In this document: piece by piece, positions 18,907-27,969 of the stretch
Layout of the letters: every line of letters starts with the position of its first letter
Position numbering within the stretch: the stretch's first letter is position 1
NCBI GenBank assembly: GCA_007128625.1
Contig: SKXC01000009.1
Coordinates: forward strand, 1-37,323
Direction of reading: 5' to 3'
Length of the DNA stretch: 37,323 nucleotides
Source of the DNA: Syntrophomonadaceae bacterium
GTDB taxonomy: Bacteria > Bacillota > Dethiobacteria > DTU022
Made by a program: the position numbers and the translations under genes
The notes under the pieces: model-generated
What the model saw: only the letters and a program-made list of their open reading frames with translations
What the model was told of the DNA's origin: nothing
Database searches by the model: none

Positions 18907-18942
18907 CCGGCACTCATATCAAGACAGGGTGCCGGTTTATTT
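18907..18942 (+). terminator. Probable intrinsic terminator after ftsZ
   Basis: Stem CCGGCACTC / GGGTGCCGG, 11-nt loop, then TTTATTT. Confidence 0.65.
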
Positions 18943-18979
18943 AAACTATCAGCAGAAATAATTTAAAGGAGCAGTGCAG

Positions 18980-20902
18980 ATGCCTGACAGCCTGACTTAC
19001 AAAATTCTTAAAGAACACCTGGTCAATGGTAAATTAAAAAAAGGCAGCGAGATTGGCCTCCGGATTGATCAAACCCTGACCCAGGATGCTACCGGAACCA
19101 TGGCCTACCTGCAGTTTGAAGCGCTTGGCGTAGAAAGAGTACAAACTGAACTGTCGGTCAGCTATGTTGATCATAACACCTTGCAGAACGGTTTTGAAAA
19201 TGCTGATGATCATCGCTATCTTCAAACTGCTGCTGCCAGGTTCGGGGCCTGGTTTTCAAGGCCGGGCAACGGTATTTGCCACCAGGTGCACTTGGAACGC
19301 TTTGGGATTCCAGGCAAAACCCTGCTGGGTGCAGACAGCCATACCCCCACTGCCGGCGGCATTGGAATGCTGGGAATCGGTTCAGGTGGCCTTGATGTGG
19401 CCGTGGCCATGGCAGGCGGTCCTTACTACCTTATAGTGCCGGAAGTTACTAAAGTTTATTTGAAAGGTAAACTGCCGCCGTGGGTAGGGGCAAAGGATAT
19501 TATCCTGGAAGTGCTTCGCCGCCTGTCGGTTAAAGGCGGCCTGGGTCAAATAATGGAATATGCCGGTCCGGGATTAGAAAACCTATCTGTTCCGGAAAGG
19601 GCTACTGTTACCAACATGGGTGCCGAGCTGGGGGCCACATCGTCAGTTTTTCCCAGCGATACAGAAACTAAAAAGTTTTTGGCAAGCCAGGGGCGAGAAG
19701 AAGCCTGGAGGCCGCTGACAGCTGATCCCGGTGCAGTTTATGACCACGAAATTACTGTAGATCTGGACAAACTGGAACCGTTGATTGCTGCGCCGCACAG
19801 TCCCGATGCAGTCAGGACAGTTAAAGAAATTGGATCGCTTCCTGTTGACCAGGTTGCTGTGGGCAGCTGCACGAATGGTTCATACAGTGATCTAAGACTT
19901 TTAGCGGAAATAATGAAAGGTAAAGTGGTCCACCCGAGGGTAAGCCTGGTAGTTTCTCCCGGTTCGCGGCAGGTAAGCATAACCCTGGCCCGGGAAGGGA
20001 TTTTAGAAAGCCTGCTGGCCTCCGGGGCGCGAATTCTTGAATCGGCCTGTGGTCCCTGTATAGGTATGGGACAGGCGCCGCCGACAGAAGGAGTTTCGGT
20101 GCGTACTTTTAACCGTAATTTTGCCGGACGCAGCGGGACAGCTGATGCCCGGGTCTATTTATCCGGCCCTGCGGTGGCGGCAGCAGCGGCTTTAAAGGGC
20201 CTTATAAGCGATCCCCGTGAAATGGGCGATTATCCCGTTTTAGCCGACCCGCCTCCACCGGTTGTTGATGACCGGATGCTAATTGCTCCACCGGCTGATG
20301 GAAAAAAAGTAGAAATAATCCGCGGCCCGAATATCAAACCTTTAACCCTTAACCGGCCGCTGCCCCAAAAAATCAGGGTTAATGTATTAATCGTTGTTGA
20401 AGATAATATTACTACAGATCATATCATACCCGGTGGATCAAAAGTTCTGCCGCTAAGGTCAAATATTGAAGCGCTGAGTAAACATGTTTTTTCTTCCCTC
20501 GCTCCGGATTTTTCGGATCGGGCCGGTCAATATGAAGGTGGTTTGATCGTAGCCGGAGAAAATTACGGCCAGGGTTCAAGCCGGGAACATGCCGCCCTTG
20601 CCCCGATGCATTTAGGGATTAAAGCTGTCCTGGCCAAATCATTTGCCCGTATACACCGGGCCAACCTTGTTAACTTTGGTATCCTGCCTTTGTTTTTTTG
20701 TGATCCATCTGATTATGAACAGTTATCCACCGGGGACGAACTGGCCACAGACAATGTTCATGAACAGCTGGACAAAGATAAGATTTATCTCCGGCGGATT
20801 AATGATGGTTTCCAGTTTGCTGCTAATCATCACCTCTCAGTGAGGCAAATAGAAATTCTTAAAGCGGGGGGGTTGCTCAATTATACCCGCCGCTCATTTT
20901 AA
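18980..20902 (+). CDS. Aconitate hydratase (single-chain ~640-aa type)
   Basis: TQDATGT, DHN, GICHQ, GADSHT, GSCTN, ACGPCIG, TTDHI, NYGQGSSREHA; ATG 18980 is 8 nt after GGAG. Confidence 0.93.
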   Translation: MPDSLTYKILKEHLVNGKLKKGSEIGLRIDQTLTQDATGTMAYLQFEALGVERVQTELSVSYVDHNTLQNGFENADDHRYLQTAAARFGAWFSRPGNGICHQVHLERFGIPGKTLLGADSHTPTAGGIGMLGIGSGGLDVAVAMAGGPYYLIVPEVTKVYLKGKLPPWVGAKDIILEVLRRLSVKGGLGQIMEYAGPGLENLSVPERATVTNMGAELGATSSVFPSDTETKKFLASQGREEAWRPLTADPGAVYDHEITVDLDKLEPLIAAPHSPDAVRTVKEIGSLPVDQVAVGSCTNGSYSDLRLLAEIMKGKVVHPRVSLVVSPGSRQVSITLAREGILESLLASGARILESACGPCIGMGQAPPTEGVSVRTFNRNFAGRSGTADARVYLSGPAVAAAAALKGLISDPREMGDYPVLADPPPPVVDDRMLIAPPADGKKVEIIRGPNIKPLTLNRPLPQKIRVNVLIVVEDNITTDHIIPGGSKVLPLRSNIEALSKHVFSSLAPDFSDRAGQYEGGLIVAGENYGQGSSREHAALAPMHLGIKAVLAKSFARIHRANLVNFGILPLFFCDPSDYEQLSTGDELATDNVHEQLDKDKIYLRRINDGFQFAANHHLSVRQIEILKAGGLLNYTRRSF

Positions 20903-20950
20903 GCCCTGCCGTATTAAGCGAATATTATTTAAAGGAGCATGCCATAGGTT

Positions 20951-22126
20951 ATGAAACATTTTCAAGAAGCACTTAAAAAAAATTTACCCATACTGGTTGA
21001 TACAACTCTGCGGGACGGTGAACAAACTGCCGGTGTAGTATTTTCGAACCAGGAAAAATTGCGTATAGGTAAAATGCTCAACAACCTGGGCATACATCAG
21101 ATCGAAGCCGGTGTTCCGGTTATGGGTGGCGATGAAAAAGAATATATCAAGGAGCTCGTTTCTTATAACCTGCCGGCCAGCATCATGGCCTGGAACCGGG
21201 TTAACATTGAGGATATTAAGCATTCTTTAGACTGTTGCGTTGATGCAGTGGCAATTTCTGTTTCCACCTCGGACATACATATAAACCACAAACTGCAAAC
21301 TTCCCGGGAATGGGTCCTGGAAAAGATGGCCAGGGCAGTGGAATTTGCCAAAAACCACGATTTATATATATCGGTTAATGCCGAGGATGCCTCACGCAGT
21401 GATATGGATTTTCTGATAAAGTTTGCCCAGCAGGCTCGTTCAGCCGGGGCAGACCGACTTAGATTTTGTGACACGATCGGCGTTTTGGAACCTTTCAAGA
21501 CTTATGATATTATCAGTGAACTAATTGACAAAACCGGCATGGATATTGAGATGCACACCCATAACGATTTCGGTATGGCTACAGCCAATGCCCTGGCCGG
21601 ATTAAAAGCCGGTGCCCGTTTTGTCGGGGTAACCGTTAACGGCCTTGGTGAAAGGGCGGGCAATGCTGCCCTGGAAGAAGTTGCCATGGCTCTCAAGTAC
21701 TTATTTGGGGTAGATTTAAAAGTTAATACCCGGGATTTTCGCAACCTCTGTGAATATGTAGCCCATGCTTCCGGCCGCCAGTTATACCCGTCAAAACCTA
21801 TTGTAGGCACCAATACATTCGCCCATGAGTCCGGGATTCACGCAGACGGTGTTCTTAAACACCCCCCGACTTACGAAGTATACAGTCCTGATGAGGTAGG
21901 TCTGGAAAGACAGATCGTTATTGGCAAATATTCCGGATCAAAGGCGATCAAAATGAAATTTGTCGAATACGGAATTGATCTTTCCGATGAAGAAGCGGCC
22001 GATCTGCGGGATGCTGTAAGGAATATGACTGTGGATTTGAAGCGTTCTCTTTTTGACAAAGAGATAATGTATATTTATGAAGATTACCTGTACGAAAAAA
22101 AGAAAGTTCTGGCAAAGGAAGAATAA
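20951..22126 (+). CDS. DRE-TIM acetyl-CoA condensing enzyme, homocitrate synthase NifV/AksA-like (candidate Re-citrate synthase)
   Basis: DTTLRDGEQ, HTHNDFGMA, GLGERAGNAALEE, HESGIH; 391 aa, no LeuA regulatory domain. Confidence 0.85.
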   Translation: MKHFQEALKKNLPILVDTTLRDGEQTAGVVFSNQEKLRIGKMLNNLGIHQIEAGVPVMGGDEKEYIKELVSYNLPASIMAWNRVNIEDIKHSLDCCVDAVAISVSTSDIHINHKLQTSREWVLEKMARAVEFAKNHDLYISVNAEDASRSDMDFLIKFAQQARSAGADRLRFCDTIGVLEPFKTYDIISELIDKTGMDIEMHTHNDFGMATANALAGLKAGARFVGVTVNGLGERAGNAALEEVAMALKYLFGVDLKVNTRDFRNLCEYVAHASGRQLYPSKPIVGTNTFAHESGIHADGVLKHPPTYEVYSPDEVGLERQIVIGKYSGSKAIKMKFVEYGIDLSDEEAADLRDAVRNMTVDLKRSLFDKEIMYIYEDYLYEKKKVLAKEE

Positions 22127-22154
22127 TTTTTTTTAAGAAAATACTTAACAGCCC

Positions 22155-22206
22155 TTTACATACAATATATTGTGGTCTATAATAAAGAAAATCCAATATA
22201 TTGATG
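22155..22206 (+). promoter_or_regulatory. Sigma-A promoter with two NrdR boxes
   Basis: TTTACA (22155)-17 bp-TATAAT (22178); ATACAATATATTGTGG (22160-22175) and ATCCAATATATTGATG (22191-22206), 31 bp apart, match the NrdR-box consensus acaCwAtATaTwGtgt. Confidence 0.88.
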
Positions 22207-22219
22207 GGAGAGCCTAAAT

Positions 22220-22702
22220 ATGAAGTGCCCATACTGCGGTGAGATAGATACCAGGGTGCTTGATTCTCGTTCCACCCAGGATTCTTCGGCAATCAGGCGG
22301 CGGCGCCAGTGTGTCAAATGTTCCAACCGTTTTACCACCATGGAAAAAACTGAAGAAGAACCTCTTGTTGTAATCAAGCGCGATGGGCGCAGAGAACTTT
22401 TCGATCCGGGCAAAATCATTAAGGGCCTGGTCCTGGCCGGCCAAAAACGCAATATACCGCTTTCTCTGTGGGAAGAACTGGTTGAAAGCCTTGAACAGGA
22501 TCTGCGCAGCAGCTATATTAAAGAAGTTTCCGCCGATCAAATTGGCGCTACACTTCTAAAGCGTCTGCGCGGCATCGATGAAATTGCCTATGTCCGCTTT
22601 GCCTCTGTTTTTCATAAATTTTCGGATGTGGAAGAATTTAAAAACGAACTGGAAGACATGCTTCGTGAAAAAGAGCAGCTAAAAAAACAAGGGAGGGTAT
22701 AA
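22220..22702 (+). CDS. nrdR: Transcriptional repressor NrdR
   Basis: MKCPYC...VLDSR...IRRRRQC..C..RFTT, ATP cone, AYVRFASV. Confidence 0.98.
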   Translation: MKCPYCGEIDTRVLDSRSTQDSSAIRRRRQCVKCSNRFTTMEKTEEEPLVVIKRDGRRELFDPGKIIKGLVLAGQKRNIPLSLWEELVESLEQDLRSSYIKEVSADQIGATLLKRLRGIDEIAYVRFASVFHKFSDVEEFKNELEDMLREKEQLKKQGRV

Positions 22703-22704
22703 TT

Positions 22705-24795
22705 TTGAAAAACAGCAATGCTCAGGTTGAAACTGAAAATGATCTTTCAACAGGAGTAACTTTTAAAGAAATTCGCAAACGCGACGGCCGGGTTGTTGAT
22801 TTTGATCCTGGGAAAATTACCGATGCCATTTTTAAAGCAGCGAAAGCAGTGGGCGGGCACGATCGCGGCATTGCTGAAAACCTGACCGGGCAGGTGATCA
22901 AAAATTTACAGCAGAAGGTCCATAATGCGGTCATACCTTCCGTGGAAGAAGTTCAGGACGAAGTGGAGGTAGCCCTGATTGAAAACGGTCATGCCCGTAC
23001 TGCCAAGGCCTACATCCTTTATCGTGATCGCCGTACCCGGATTCGGGACGGAAAATCTGAGCTTATGGACGTGGTTAAAGAAATCCTGGTTGAAACCAGC
23101 CGGGAAAACGCAAATGTCAGTAATTCTCCCTCGGCTAAAATGCTCCAAATTGCCATGGCTGCCAGTAAAAAGTATTATTTAAGTAATTTGCTGCCTGAAG
23201 AATATGCCCGTGCTCATGATGAAGGTGTCTTTCATATTCATGATCTTGACTATTACAGTAAAACTTTAAACTGTTTGCAAATAGATCTTTCCAGCCTGCT
23301 AAGGGAAGGATTCAATACCGGTTACGGTTATATTCGTCCGCCAAAGCGAATTGCTTCTGCCGTGGCCCAGGCGGCTATTATCCTGCAAAGCAACCAGAAT
23401 GACATGTTTGGCGGTCAGAGCTTCCCTCATTTTGACCGTAGTATGGGGGAAGTCATCCGCGGTCTTAAAAAGCAGCCCGATTACGATGAAATATACCAGG
23501 CCATGGAGGGGTTAATCTACAATTTAAATACCATGCATAGTCGGGCCGGGGCCCAGGTGCCATTTAGTTCACTAAATTTTGGTACCGATATGACTGATCA
23601 GGGGCGTATGGTTTCACAGGCCATTTTAGAGGCTTTCAAACGAGGCCTGGGTCATGGAGAAAGCCCGATTTTCCCCAACCTGGTTTTTAGGATTAAGGAA
23701 GGAGTAAATTTTAATCCTGAAGATCCGAATTATGATCTTTACCGCCTGGCCCTGCAGGTGTCTTCACGCCGGATGAATCCTACTTTTAGCTTCATGGACA
23801 GTTCATTTAACCGGGATTATGGTGATGAAGTGTCTTACATGGGCTGCAGAACCCGGGTTATCGCCAACCGGCATGGAGCCGAGGTTTCGGCCGGAAGGGG
23901 TAATATTGCTCCCGTAACCCTTAACCTCCCCCGCCTGGCCCTGGAGTGCCGCGGCCGGCAGGACATATTTTTTGTTCAGCTTGATCGGCTGCTGCGCCTG
24001 GCTGCCCGCCAGCTTCTGCATCGCTTTGAAGTGCTGTCCCGTTTAAAAGTCCGTGACCTTCCTTTCCTGATGGGTCAGAAACTATATCTTGATTCAGACA
24101 AACTCGGTCCCGATGATTCTATCGGAGAAGTGATCAAGCACGGTACCCTGGCCATAGGTTTTATCGGGCTTGCAGAAACTGTTTATCTTCTGACCGGCAG
24201 GCATCACGGCGAAGATGATCAGGCTCTTGCCCTGGCCCTCAAGATCGTGGAACATATCCGCAAGCGCATTGACAGCTATGCCGATGAATACGATTTAAAC
24301 TTTGCCCTGGTTGCCACCCCGGCTGAAGGGTTGGCCGGAAGGTTTGTAACCATGGACCGTGAGCGCTACGGGACGATTCCCGGTGCAACTGATAAAGAAT
24401 ACTACAGCAATTCATTTCATATTCCGGTCTACTATACTATGTCCATATTCGAAAAAATTAAGGCCGAAGGCTGTTTCCACCGCTATTGTAATGCCGGACA
24501 TATTACTTACACTGAACTGGAAGCACCTCCGGACCATAATATCGAAGCTCTTGATCGCATTATCCGCCAGATGGCTGAGTCTGATGTCGGCTATGGCGGA
24601 ATTAACTATCCGCTTGACGAATGCCGGATTTGTTTTCACAGTGGAGTATTCAACAGTTCCTGTCCACGGTGCGGCAGTGATCAAATCAGGCACATTCGAC
24701 GGATCACCGGGTACCTGTCCACCGATGAAAGGTTTAATGAGGCCAAGTTAAATGAATTGAAGGATAGAAAGGCTCACTTTGTTTCCGGGGAGTGA
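22705..24795 (+). CDS. nrdD: Anaerobic (class III) ribonucleoside-triphosphate reductase
   Basis: N-terminal ATP cone, RENAN, HIHDLD, YMGCRT, CxxC..CxxC, glycyl radical loop RITGYL. Confidence 0.96.
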   Translation: MKNSNAQVETENDLSTGVTFKEIRKRDGRVVDFDPGKITDAIFKAAKAVGGHDRGIAENLTGQVIKNLQQKVHNAVIPSVEEVQDEVEVALIENGHARTAKAYILYRDRRTRIRDGKSELMDVVKEILVETSRENANVSNSPSAKMLQIAMAASKKYYLSNLLPEEYARAHDEGVFHIHDLDYYSKTLNCLQIDLSSLLREGFNTGYGYIRPPKRIASAVAQAAIILQSNQNDMFGGQSFPHFDRSMGEVIRGLKKQPDYDEIYQAMEGLIYNLNTMHSRAGAQVPFSSLNFGTDMTDQGRMVSQAILEAFKRGLGHGESPIFPNLVFRIKEGVNFNPEDPNYDLYRLALQVSSRRMNPTFSFMDSSFNRDYGDEVSYMGCRTRVIANRHGAEVSAGRGNIAPVTLNLPRLALECRGRQDIFFVQLDRLLRLAARQLLHRFEVLSRLKVRDLPFLMGQKLYLDSDKLGPDDSIGEVIKHGTLAIGFIGLAETVYLLTGRHHGEDDQALALALKIVEHIRKRIDSYADEYDLNFALVATPAEGLAGRFVTMDRERYGTIPGATDKEYYSNSFHIPVYYTMSIFEKIKAEGCFHRYCNAGHITYTELEAPPDHNIEALDRIIRQMAESDVGYGGINYPLDECRICFHSGVFNSSCPRCGSDQIRHIRRITGYLSTDERFNEAKLNELKDRKAHFVSGE

Positions 24796-24801
24796 AAAAT
24801 T

Positions 24802-25311
24802 ATTCTAAGGATAGCCGGTTTATATACAGATAGTATTGTTGATGGCCCCGGAATCCGTCTTTCTATTTATGTTCAGGGCTGTCCGCATTTATGCCCTGGC
24901 TGTCACAACCCGGATACACATGATCCCCGTGGCGGTTACGAACTCAGTCTGGAAGAACTGGTTGTTTTACTCGATCAGCACCACCGCACCATAGATGGTG
25001 TGACCATTTCAGGCGGAGAACCTTTTGAGCAGACTGCTCCACTTGCTGTCCTTGCTTCAGAAATAATAAACAGGAACCTGGACCTGGTTTTATACAGCGG
25101 CTATACTTTTGAAACACTCCTTTCAAAAAGTGATAATGACCGGGACACCTGCTTTCTTTTAGAAGCGGGTTGGCTGCTGGTAGATGGACCTTTTATGCAG
25201 AAAGAACTGGATCTTAGCCTTGCTTATCGTGGATCAAGGAATCAGCGTTTAATCGATTTGCCTGCCTCTTTAAAAATAAAGAGAGCTGTCCAATGGGCCG
25301 GAAATTTTTAA
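24802..25311 (+). CDS. nrdG: Anaerobic RNR activating enzyme (radical SAM); start uncertain, no canonical start codon
   Basis: Frame open from 24796: KIILRIAGLYTDSIVDGPGIRLSIYVQGCPHLCPGCHNP...GVTISGGEPF...LVDGPF...RGSRNQR; CxxxCxxC at 24880-24903. The ORF track start at 25000 lies after this motif. Confidence 0.9.
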   Translation: MLRIAGLYTDSIVDGPGIRLSIYVQGCPHLCPGCHNPDTHDPRGGYELSLEELVVLLDQHHRTIDGVTISGGEPFEQTAPLAVLASEIINRNLDLVLYSGYTFETLLSKSDNDRDTCFLLEAGWLLVDGPFMQKELDLSLAYRGSRNQRLIDLPASLKIKRAVQWAGNF

Positions 25312-25356
25312 AGGATCAAGCGGCTGATATTTGATAGGGGGAGAATAACTGAACAG

Positions 25357-26205
25357 GTGTCTGAAAAAGGTTTTAAATTGTATAAAGAAGGGGAGCCGGC
25401 TTACCTGAAGGCATCACTGCTTGCTGGAAATGGTTTTGTCGATCATGCTTTTTCCACTCGTCTTGGCGGCTGCAGTAAAGGTGCCTTTTCTTCCTTGAAC
25501 ACGGCTTTTCATGTCGGAGACAGCCGGGAAAATGTCCTGGAAAACAGGCGTATTTTTTTTAAGCAGTTTAACTACGATTACCGTTATATTATTTCTTCTG
25601 TCCAGGTTCATGGAACGGACCTAAAAGTTTTTGATCATAAGAATTGCGGTGAAGGAGCCCTGCCGTTTACGGCCCATGCCAGGTGCGATGCCCTGATTAC
25701 TGAAGAACCGGGACTGCCCCTGACGGCCTACTCTGCAGATTGCCTGCTGATCTATTTTGTATCATTGCAAAAAAGCCCCCTTGTTGCGATTGCCCATGCC
25801 GGTTGGCGGGGGACACTGGGAGGCATAGGAAAAAAAGTTGTTTCTTATTTAAAAGCTCATTTTTCTGTGCAGCCCGGACAGCTTCTTGTAGGACTGGGTC
25901 CGGCTGTTTGCAGGAATTGCTATATAGTTGATTATTATTTAGCTGATCAATTTAAAACTGCAGGGTGGGATGATCCCTCCTATCTTGAGCCGGCCGGCCA
26001 GGATCAGTGGAGCCTTGACCTGTCAGCAATCAATGCCGAACAACTTCTCCGGGCCGGTGTCAGGGCTGAAAATATGGCTTGCAACTATTGGTGCACCTCC
26101 TGTAACCCTGAACTATTTTACTCATATCGCCGGGAAAAAGGGATTACCGGGAGGATGATCGGTTTTATCTCCATAAATGATACAGGGCATAACGGCAGGA
26201 GGTAG
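25357..26205 (+). CDS. pgeF: PgeF/YfiH/YlmD family protein (purine nucleoside phosphorylase / peptidoglycan editing factor)
   Basis: FSTRLGG, QVHG, DALIT, ADC, AHAGWRG, YSYR. Confidence 0.94.
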   Translation: MSEKGFKLYKEGEPAYLKASLLAGNGFVDHAFSTRLGGCSKGAFSSLNTAFHVGDSRENVLENRRIFFKQFNYDYRYIISSVQVHGTDLKVFDHKNCGEGALPFTAHARCDALITEEPGLPLTAYSADCLLIYFVSLQKSPLVAIAHAGWRGTLGGIGKKVVSYLKAHFSVQPGQLLVGLGPAVCRNCYIVDYYLADQFKTAGWDDPSYLEPAGQDQWSLDLSAINAEQLLRAGVRAENMACNYWCTSCNPELFYSYRREKGITGRMIGFISINDTGHNGRR

Positions 26206-26211
26206 TGCTGT

Positions 26212-27261
26212 TTGAAAAAGAAAGGCTACAATAGGGGCAGGCAGCATTTTGAAGTTTTAAACGGCCAGGGGCGGCGCTTTAGTTTCAGTCGGTTGAAGCA
26301 GGCTTTCTTATATTATGTTTTGCTGCTTCTTGCCCTGGTGATCATCGTTCAGGTTGGGTATCACTGGCTGGGGGAGCAATTCCTGGCCTGGCGTCTGCAG
26401 GTTGTGGCAGCCGAGCGCGGTATTGTTGAGCAGGAGAAAGAAGTTGCCGGCCTGGTTACCCGCAGCGAACAGGTGGTTAATGCGCCTGCTTCAGGAGTAA
26501 TTTTAGATCTTGCTGAGCCCGGAGAAAGGGTTTCGGTGGGCGAAAACCTGGTTACCCTGGGCGTTGTTTCGGTTTCCGGGCAGGGTGACAACGAAGAAGC
26601 AGACCCGGCTCAAGCCGAACTGGATGATTTCGAAACTTTTATTACCGTTAAAGCGCATCATGCCGGTTTATTATCCTATTATACCGACGGTTGGGAAAAA
26701 CATAGCGATTCCTTTTACCTGTCAGAAGAAGAATATGCTGAAAACCGTCAGGAAGGATCTACAACTAAAAAAAATATGCGGGTTGCAGAGGGAGAGCCCA
26801 TACTGAAAATTGTCCATAACTGGCACTGGTATTATAATGTTATTTTACCTCTGCATCCCGGCCGCACTATAGCAGAGCAGCAACAAGCTGCTATCAAATT
26901 TGCCTTTGCGCCGGATCAATTGGTTCAGGCTGAACTGTTTGAAGCTTATATCGACAAAGAGGACAAAGAAGTTCGTCTTACATACCTCATCAAAAAACAG
27001 ATCAGTGGTTTTGAGGAGGTCCGCTGGACACAAGCTTCATTAATATATAACAGGCAGGAGGGTATAATTGTTCCTGCGGAAGCAGTTTTTAAAAAAGAGG
27101 GAAAGACCGGGGTTTATCTTAACCGGAACGGAAGAGTTGTATTTCAGCCGGTTACAGTAATTTCACAGCAGGGAGACAGAGTAATGGTCGAGGGACTGGC
27201 CCCCCAAAATATGGTTATTACCCGTCATGAACTGGTTGAAGAAGGCCGTCGGTTAAACTAA
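26212..27261 (+). CDS. Membrane-anchored HlyD/membrane-fusion-like protein of unknown function
   Basis: One N-terminal TM, lipoyl-like half motifs (VNAPASGVI...GERV; VKAHHAGLL), C-terminal IIVPAEAV...GVY; usual position before yggS in Clostridia. Confidence 0.65.
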   Translation: MKKKGYNRGRQHFEVLNGQGRRFSFSRLKQAFLYYVLLLLALVIIVQVGYHWLGEQFLAWRLQVVAAERGIVEQEKEVAGLVTRSEQVVNAPASGVILDLAEPGERVSVGENLVTLGVVSVSGQGDNEEADPAQAELDDFETFITVKAHHAGLLSYYTDGWEKHSDSFYLSEEEYAENRQEGSTTKKNMRVAEGEPILKIVHNWHWYYNVILPLHPGRTIAEQQQAAIKFAFAPDQLVQAELFEAYIDKEDKEVRLTYLIKKQISGFEEVRWTQASLIYNRQEGIIVPAEAVFKKEGKTGVYLNRNGRVVFQPVTVISQQGDRVMVEGLAPQNMVITRHELVEEGRRLN

Positions 27262-27300
27262 ATATTGGTTCAGAGCGGGGTTGGAAAGGGAAGATGTTAT

Positions 27301-27969
27301 TTGTTTGCTGATAATTATAAGCTGGTCCTGGCGAAAATTGACAGTGCGGCTAAGCGGGCAGGTCGTAACCCCATGGATATTACCCTTATTGCTGTTACGA
27401 AAAGTGCCGTTATCGAGGATATTAAGCTGGCCTTTGAACAGGGTATAAAAGATTTTGGCGCCAACAGGGTCCAGGAAGAAGCTGACAAGGTTAGAAGCAT
27501 AACCGGAGCCAGGTGGCATTTTATCGGGCACCTGCAGAGGAACAAAGTTAAATATGTCCTGCCCGTTTATTCATCAGTGCAAACCCTTGACAGGATTTCA
27601 CTTGCCGGGGAACTGCAGCGTTATGCAGTAAAGCTGGATCAAATGGTCAGGGTGCTTATTCAGGTCAATATTTCCGGAGAAAAAAGCAAGTTTGGGCTGC
27701 CGCCCGATGATTTGGCCGGTTTTTTAAAAGAAATCAGGGGTTGCGATCGCCTTAAAGTTCAGGGGTTGATGACCATGGCTCCCTTTGTCGATGATCCTGA
27801 AATGGCTCGTCCTTACTTCAGGCAGCTTCGTCAGCTCCGTGATAAAAATGCCCGGCCGGATTTAGATCTGCCCGAACTTTCTATGGGTATGACCAACGAT
27901 TTTGAAGTGGCTGTTGAGGAAGGGGCTACCATGGTTCGCATCGGCAGTGCCCTGTTTGGCATAAAGTAA
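27301..27969 (+). CDS. yggS: PLP homeostasis protein YggS/YlmE
   Basis: [43 protein letters not shown]; TTG 27301 chosen as start (ORF track 27265). Confidence 0.96.
   Translation: MFADNYKLVLAKIDSAAKRAGRNPMDITLIAVTKSAVIEDIKLAFEQGIKDFGANRVQEEADKVRSITGARWHFIGHLQRNKVKYVLPVYSSVQTLDRISLAGELQRYAVKLDQMVRVLIQVNISGEKSKFGLPPDDLAGFLKEIRGCDRLKVQGLMTMAPFVDDPEMARPYFRQLRQLRDKNARPDLDLPELSMGMTNDFEVAVEEGATMVRIGSALFGIK

Noticed and set aside
24793-24840. Selenocysteine decoding of the nrdD TGA
   Set aside because: No convincing SECIS hairpin in the AT-rich sequence after the UGA, and the position is a domain boundary rather than a catalytic Cys site
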